From IMG/VR virus record IMGVR_UViG_3300024054_000269, positions 118,303 through 182,302 of that record: a DNA stretch of 64,000 bases. The stretch is one strand, 5' to 3'. This DNA is from a virus. The notes under the pieces were generated by a model, which was not told the origin of the DNA, did no database searches, and saw only the letters and a program-made list of their open reading frames with translations. Both the position numbers and the translations under genes were made by a program. Position 1 is the stretch's first letter. Each line of letters begins with the position of its first letter. Below are positions 59,321 to 64,000 of this stretch, piece by piece.

Positions 59321-59542
59321 ATGACTGAACACAAATGGAAAGAAAGCTTTAGAAAAGTCTCAAGCCCTATGCCTATTTTGAAAGAATTTAGTGATCGTCA
59401 ATATCGTCCTGTACAAGAAATAGAAGTTAAGATTTTGATTTGTGAAAAATGCGGAGAATGGCAGTATGCAGAAGGACCTGAAAATGTTGAATACATAAGA
59501 GACTGTGATGAAGCTATGACCAAATTGATTATTGAGAGTTAA
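59321..59542 (+). CDS. HxW/CxxC protein with C-terminal tag
   Basis: MTEHKW..CEKCG..CDEAMTKLIIES*. Confidence 0.6.
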   Translation: MTEHKWKESFRKVSSPMPILKEFSDRQYRPVQEIEVKILICEKCGEWQYAEGPENVEYIRDCDEAMTKLIIES

Positions 59543-59858
59543 GTGAACACTAAAGAACGAAAAGAACTTCGCAAACAATTAAGAATGCTTTGGCTTCATG
59601 TAGAGATGGGGCTGCATTCGAACATCCCAGAATGTTGTGTACATTGGTTCGTGACTCATTGGTTATGGGTAAAACCAAAAGAATTCGATGAAGTGAACCG
59701 GAAAATTCTTAAGCTAATAAAAGAAGGTTTTTATCTTGGGTACATACCGTGCCCTGATTGTATAAAAAAGAAAAAGTTTGTAAGAGTAAAGATTTGTAAG
59801 AGTGAATGCAAATTCAATGATTGGAAATGGGTAAGATCACGGTCTAGATTGTTGAAAA

Positions 59859-60473
59859 CTAAGAGTTGACGACTTCTTCGGACAAGATCTCTTCTATTAT
59901 TTTACAAACTTCCTCTGGTGTCAATTTGAAGACTGAATTCAGATCAGTTATTAGCTGTTTTACTCTATCAACTTTCCAAGCATGAATTTTATTTTGAGTT
60001 TCAGGTAAAGCAATAACCCTTTTTGCTTCTTCAAGTGCGCGGTTTACAAATGCATCAACAAATGGTTTTGAGTCTTCTGCCACACATTGGTAAACACAAT
60101 TTGACTCACCGTTCATTATTAAATTCTTTTCTCTACAATCGTCAATTACATCATCAACCATTTCTCTTATTTCATAAAAATCCATGAAATGCGGTGTTGT
60201 ATTGGCACTGAGTACGATTGAACCTTCGTTAAAAACAAAAATAACGCTCCCATAAAATGGGTCAGGAATCATGTCACAATGCGCTGGTTCAGAATCTATA
60301 TAGGATACAACTATTATGTTTTGACCGATATAAGATGAAAGTTGCTCATCGTCTATATCTACTTGAAATTTGATTTTACTTGAAACAAACTGTATTGTCT
60401 CAAATTTTGTTTGGATAAGTCGTATCAGACTTTGGTATTTTTTGTTTGATTTAATTTTATCGTAAATTTCCAT
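59859..60473 (-). CDS. Hypothetical protein with C-terminal tag
   Basis: Ends LSEEVVNS*. Confidence 0.65.
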   Translation of the reverse strand: MEIYDKIKSNKKYQSLIRLIQTKFETIQFVSSKIKFQVDIDDEQLSSYIGQNIIVVSYIDSEPAHCDMIPDPFYGSVIFVFNEGSIVLSANTTPHFMDFYEIREMVDDVIDDCREKNLIMNGESNCVYQCVAEDSKPFVDAFVNRALEEAKRVIALPETQNKIHAWKVDRVKQLITDLNSVFKLTPEEVCKIIEEILSEEVVNS

Positions 60474-60534
60474 TTTAACAAATACGCCAGAAACGATGAA
60501 AGTTACAATGAATGTTTAATGCTGAAATAATTAT

Positions 60535-60900
60535 ATGAAATCAAAGTTTGTTAAAATCGCCGAAAAATTATCTAGTCGTACGGCGGCCGAAGGTCGAATT
60601 GTTGACATATCAAGTCAAGTCTTGCCAAAACTTAATGAGTTGTTTTCGGAAGACGAATATGACGAAGCTTACGATTTTTTGATGGATAGCATGGTAAGCG
60701 GAGATTATGTAGAATTCAACCCCGACACTGAAACGTCGAGAGAAGAATCATTTGTATTTGGACTTGAATGGGACGGTCCGGTTTATCACTTTGAATTTGA
60801 TACGGGCTATCGACATTCTTTTTATTTGGGCGAAAGAGGAAAAAACGAACTGTTGGCGGCGTTGGAAAGAGAACCTGTGAGACAGGTTGTTGAAGACTAA
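60535..60900 (+). CDS. Hypothetical protein, N-terminal IAxRIA family
   Basis: MKSKFVKIAEKLSSRTA. Confidence 0.6.
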   Translation: MKSKFVKIAEKLSSRTAAEGRIVDISSQVLPKLNELFSEDEYDEAYDFLMDSMVSGDYVEFNPDTETSREESFVFGLEWDGPVYHFEFDTGYRHSFYLGERGKNELLAALEREPVRQVVED

Positions 60901-61201
60901 TATGACGGTTTCAAAACGAGCCGCTAAGCGTTGGTTAAAGATTTCTGGCCAGTTTGGGCGATCTGAACTTGGTCCACACGTCAATTTCTTTGTATATGAA
61001 ATCAAAATGCGCATTCAATCGTCTGAATTTAAAGGTAAATGCGTTTCTGGCGAAATGACGTTGCGTGGTGAACCTAAAAAATGGTCAATTGCTGAATATC
61101 GCCCGGACCCCGGGACAGTTGACATTAGAGAGAACCCGATTGGAATACAAGCGTTGCTTATGAATGAAATTAACAAAAAATTTTAGTTTGTAAAGTTCGG
61201 G

Positions 61202-61420
61202 ATGAAGCTTACGCCGGAAAGATTAAAAGAACTTAATGACAAATCCATTGTTGCACTATCAACTTTGAGAGATTGCTCTCTCAAAAGAGAAAGCATTGAA
61301 GAATCTTTGAAAAACGCGGTAAACCGAGAAAAAGAAGCCATTAGAAAATGGAATGAAGCCGTTTCAAATTTGAAGAAAGCGTTTGATGAAGACGCTTGCA
61401 TTGAAGTTATTGACTCATGA
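61202..61420 (+). CDS. Coiled-coil protein with C-terminal tag
   Basis: Ends CIEVIDS*; TG TAAAGT TCGGG ATG. Confidence 0.6.
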   Translation: MKLTPERLKELNDKSIVALSTLRDCSLKRESIEESLKNAVNREKEAIRKWNEAVSNLKKAFDEDACIEVIDS

Positions 61421-62476
61421 GATCGCTTCTGGAAACTTCTATGACGTCAAACCAAAAACCACCGACGAGACCTTCGTCCGGAGTTGCGATTTCAACGATA
61501 AAAGCTGCGCCGCCTCCAAGCGTTTCAATTATTTTAACTTCAGTTCCAACCGGATGAACGTAACCGGGGCGTTCTTCTGAAGAAAGTGGTACTTTCAAAA
61601 CTATGACCCTAGTTCTATAAGGATTTGTCATGTTCTTTCCCAACTATTAAACATACTCAATGCCTTTGAATATTCAAAGAAGCCAATGTAGGATTGAATG
61701 TTTGGATAGAAAACTAAATGTTGAATGTCAACGTTATTCAATTTTATATAGTCTGCGTGGGCGTAAAGAGCAGTTATGTTTTTGCAAAATGGAACGTGTA
61801 AATCAACGATGGTTAAGAGAGCCTGGTGTTCATAATCTAATATTTCCTGTTTTGTGTAAGAAGAAGTTGTGCTGTTTTGTATCGAATAGCGTTGAGTTTC
61901 TTGGTTGAACACGAGAACGGGTTTCAAACCGGCCTGACCTGCGACCGGTCGTCCGTTAAAACCAACAACTATTAAATTAGTTGATTCCATTTGATGAAAT
62001 TACATCAAGTCAAAATGTAATTTCGGGTATCGATACGAACGGCTTTGGGCGAACACAGTTTATTTGGAGCAAACCAATGAGTACTAAATGCCTTTGCCTT
62101 TGTGGGAATGACAATCTCGATTTTTGGTATTCAAGAAGCTCCGGCCCTTTATCTAACTATGATGGAGTTAAGGGAGAAAAATGAACGCTTTTGAACCGTC
62201 GAGCGAAGACGTTAAAAGATGGATGGAGTGGGTTGCGGAGAGACCGTCTAAAGTTAAAGACGTTGCTGAAAAAGTGTTTCCTTGGAAACTATATAAACTG
62301 AAAACGTCTGGACATTTTGTGACGTTATATTCGATTGACGAACCTAAAGACGGGAGTGAGCCGACGTTGAAGGTTGACGTGTCTAGAGAATTTAATCAAA
62401 ATTTGGCGTTTGAGAGAAGGGTGTTTGGGATTCGATTGGAAGACTTGGAAGAAGTTGGAAACGACGGTGTTTCAAG

Positions 62477-62881
62477 TTGACTTTTTCAAATTATAAAGTG
62501 GGCGACGAAAAATTGATTAAAGAAATTGCCTTGGTGTTAAAAAGGGCGCCTTTTCTTACATTGTCTAAAGAACGAGACAGAGCGGTTGAAGAAAATGTAA
62601 TGTTACAATTTTACGGATATGGTGAAGATTCTGATTATTTGACTTATGGACCGCAAGGACATTATAAATTATCGGCAAAACGGGCGAATAACGGAACGTT
62701 GATGTGGGTTGCTGTTGCTACGTGGTATAAAGATGAAGAACCGGACGAAAGAGGGTTGCTTTATTGCATAAAACGAGCTTTGAAAGAACTTGATAGGATT
62801 GGTGTTGAAAGTGGTGTTGAACTTAGCCGTGGGACGTTAACGGAAGAAGAACATAAAGCGCTGGAAATTATTGATGCCTAA
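62477..62881 (+). CDS. Hypothetical protein with C-terminal tag (paralog of 62871)
   Basis: Ends EEHKALEIIDA*. Confidence 0.6.
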   Translation: MTFSNYKVGDEKLIKEIALVLKRAPFLTLSKERDRAVEENVMLQFYGYGEDSDYLTYGPQGHYKLSAKRANNGTLMWVAVATWYKDEEPDERGLLYCIKRALKELDRIGVESGVELSRGTLTEEEHKALEIIDA

Positions 62882-63242
62882 TTGGAAAGAAGTTAAATGG
62901 TCTGATTTGAGACGAAATGAATTTGAAAATCAACTGAAGTTTATTCTCAAAACGAAAATATCGCCATCGGCGACGTTGATGCACAAAAATTTAAAAATTC
63001 ACAGACACGATGCTTCCTACATGTCGAATGTGAGGGACTGTAGAGATAAAATTGTTTTAAGTGTTCATTTAGATAACTGGTTTGTTGTTGCTAAATGGAT
63101 GGATTACGAAACGCCGAATTTAGACGGATTGTTGTATTTGATTGAACGTTTGTTTACGTCAGATGCGCCGTCATCTGTTACGGATTGTGATGGAACGTTG
63201 TCAGCGGAAGAACATAAAGCGCTGGAAATTATTGATGCGTGA
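62871..63242 (+). CDS. Hypothetical protein with C-terminal tag (paralog of 62477)
   Basis: Ends EEHKALEIIDA*. Confidence 0.6.
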   Translation: MMPNWKEVKWSDLRRNEFENQLKFILKTKISPSATLMHKNLKIHRHDASYMSNVRDCRDKIVLSVHLDNWFVVAKWMDYETPNLDGLLYLIERLFTSDAPSSVTDCDGTLSAEEHKALEIIDA

Positions 63243-63857
63243 GAATTTGTGATGTCAAAGGAAGTGAGAAGAAATTATGGTGGACGTGAAAAATGAGGCG
63301 TTTCGAGAGGTGTGTTGTTATCAAGACCGTTATGAGAATTGTGCGTTTGCGAGCGTTGGCGGGCTTGAAAAGCGGAAGGAGTTGAAGGCGCCCGATTATG
63401 TTAACGAATGTGATGCGAAGGATTATTTGGAAGGATATGTTGCGGCTGCCGAGGAGATGTTTGGAGAAGACTGGAGAACGTGTGAATTTGAATGGAAAGC
63501 GGCGCTAACGATTGGCGCTGATGAGTGATTTCGGGTCTTTTAAGGTTATGACTCTATTGTCCGGATAAAAACCGCCACCTGATTGATAGATGCGAACGAC
63601 AGCGAGAAAGCCGGGTTTTGGTTGAAGTTTGCTTATGGCTGAAAATTTTCTGTCAAGCGTTTGAACTTGAACTAAAAATGAATCGAATGTTGAAACTGAA
63701 GAAATGACGATGCCGACGAGATCGACGTAAGAACCGATGCCATCGGAGGGACAAACAAGATCTGGTTCGAAAATTGGTTTTGGCTTATTTGAATTTTGAG
63801 AACCCATTTTTTGAAAATACATGAAAAGAAAAGTGGTGGAAGCGTAAAGTTGACGTT

Positions 63858-63929
63858 GCGGGCTTGGTCTAGATGGATGGGCCATAGGTTTCCAACCTAT
63901 AGAGGTCGGCTCGATACCGACAGCCCGCT
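63858..63929 (+). tRNA. tRNA-Gly (TCC) with atypical T-loop
   Basis: Acceptor GCGGGCT/AGCCCGC, anticodon arm ATAGG-TTTCCAA-CCTAT, T-arm GTCGG-CTCGATA-CCGAC, discriminator T, CCA not encoded. Confidence 0.85.
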
Positions 63930-64000
63930 CAAATTAATTCAAGTTGGTTGTGGTTTCAAAAGCCGCGCCCTCCTCCGACACCGAATCTTAACCACGAGCC

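Noticed and set aside
63806-63885. 5' part of ORF 63505..63885
   Set aside because: Overlaps the tRNA-Gly; the true start is probably downstream (MYFQK or MGSQN).
63968-63982. CCCTCCTCCGACACC resembling a tRNA-Leu 3' end or attP core
   Set aside because: No matching 5' acceptor strand or T-loop upstream, and no integrase in the window.

Overview
AT-rich, densely packed segment of a large (probably jumbo) dsDNA bacteriophage genome; standard code 11; no CRISPR array, integrase or IS seen. Recognisable genes: full class A DnaJ (runs off the left edge), family A DNA polymerase, two sigma factors, a second J-domain protein, histone H1-like protein, family 4 uracil-DNA glycosylase, RuvB, IF-1, RRM RNA-binding protein, ferritin-like protein, NADAR, HNH and DUF1524 nucleases, MazG/HD/Nudix/DHH hydrolases, DEDDh exonuclease, VanW, ATP-grasp protein, a lone receiver domain and one tRNA-Gly(TCC). 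Most other ORFs are small hypotheticals. Three window-wide patterns stand out. (1) 25 otherwise mostly unrelated small proteins end in the strict tag [VIL][VIL][DEN][SGA]-stop, and about 10 more end in near matches. (2) At least 20 genes have TG-TANNNT 4-7 nt before the start codon and no Shine-Dalgarno, implying leaderless mRNAs. (3) A separate set of six proteins shares an N-terminal (K/R/N)IAx(R/K)(I/L)(A/S) motif. Also present: a candidate origin with five DnaA-box-like repeats at a strand-bias switch (about 56.4 kb), a 450-bp high-GC captured fragment, a frameshifted ART-like gene and several structured non-coding segments. All assignments come from motif recognition by eye; no database search was run.
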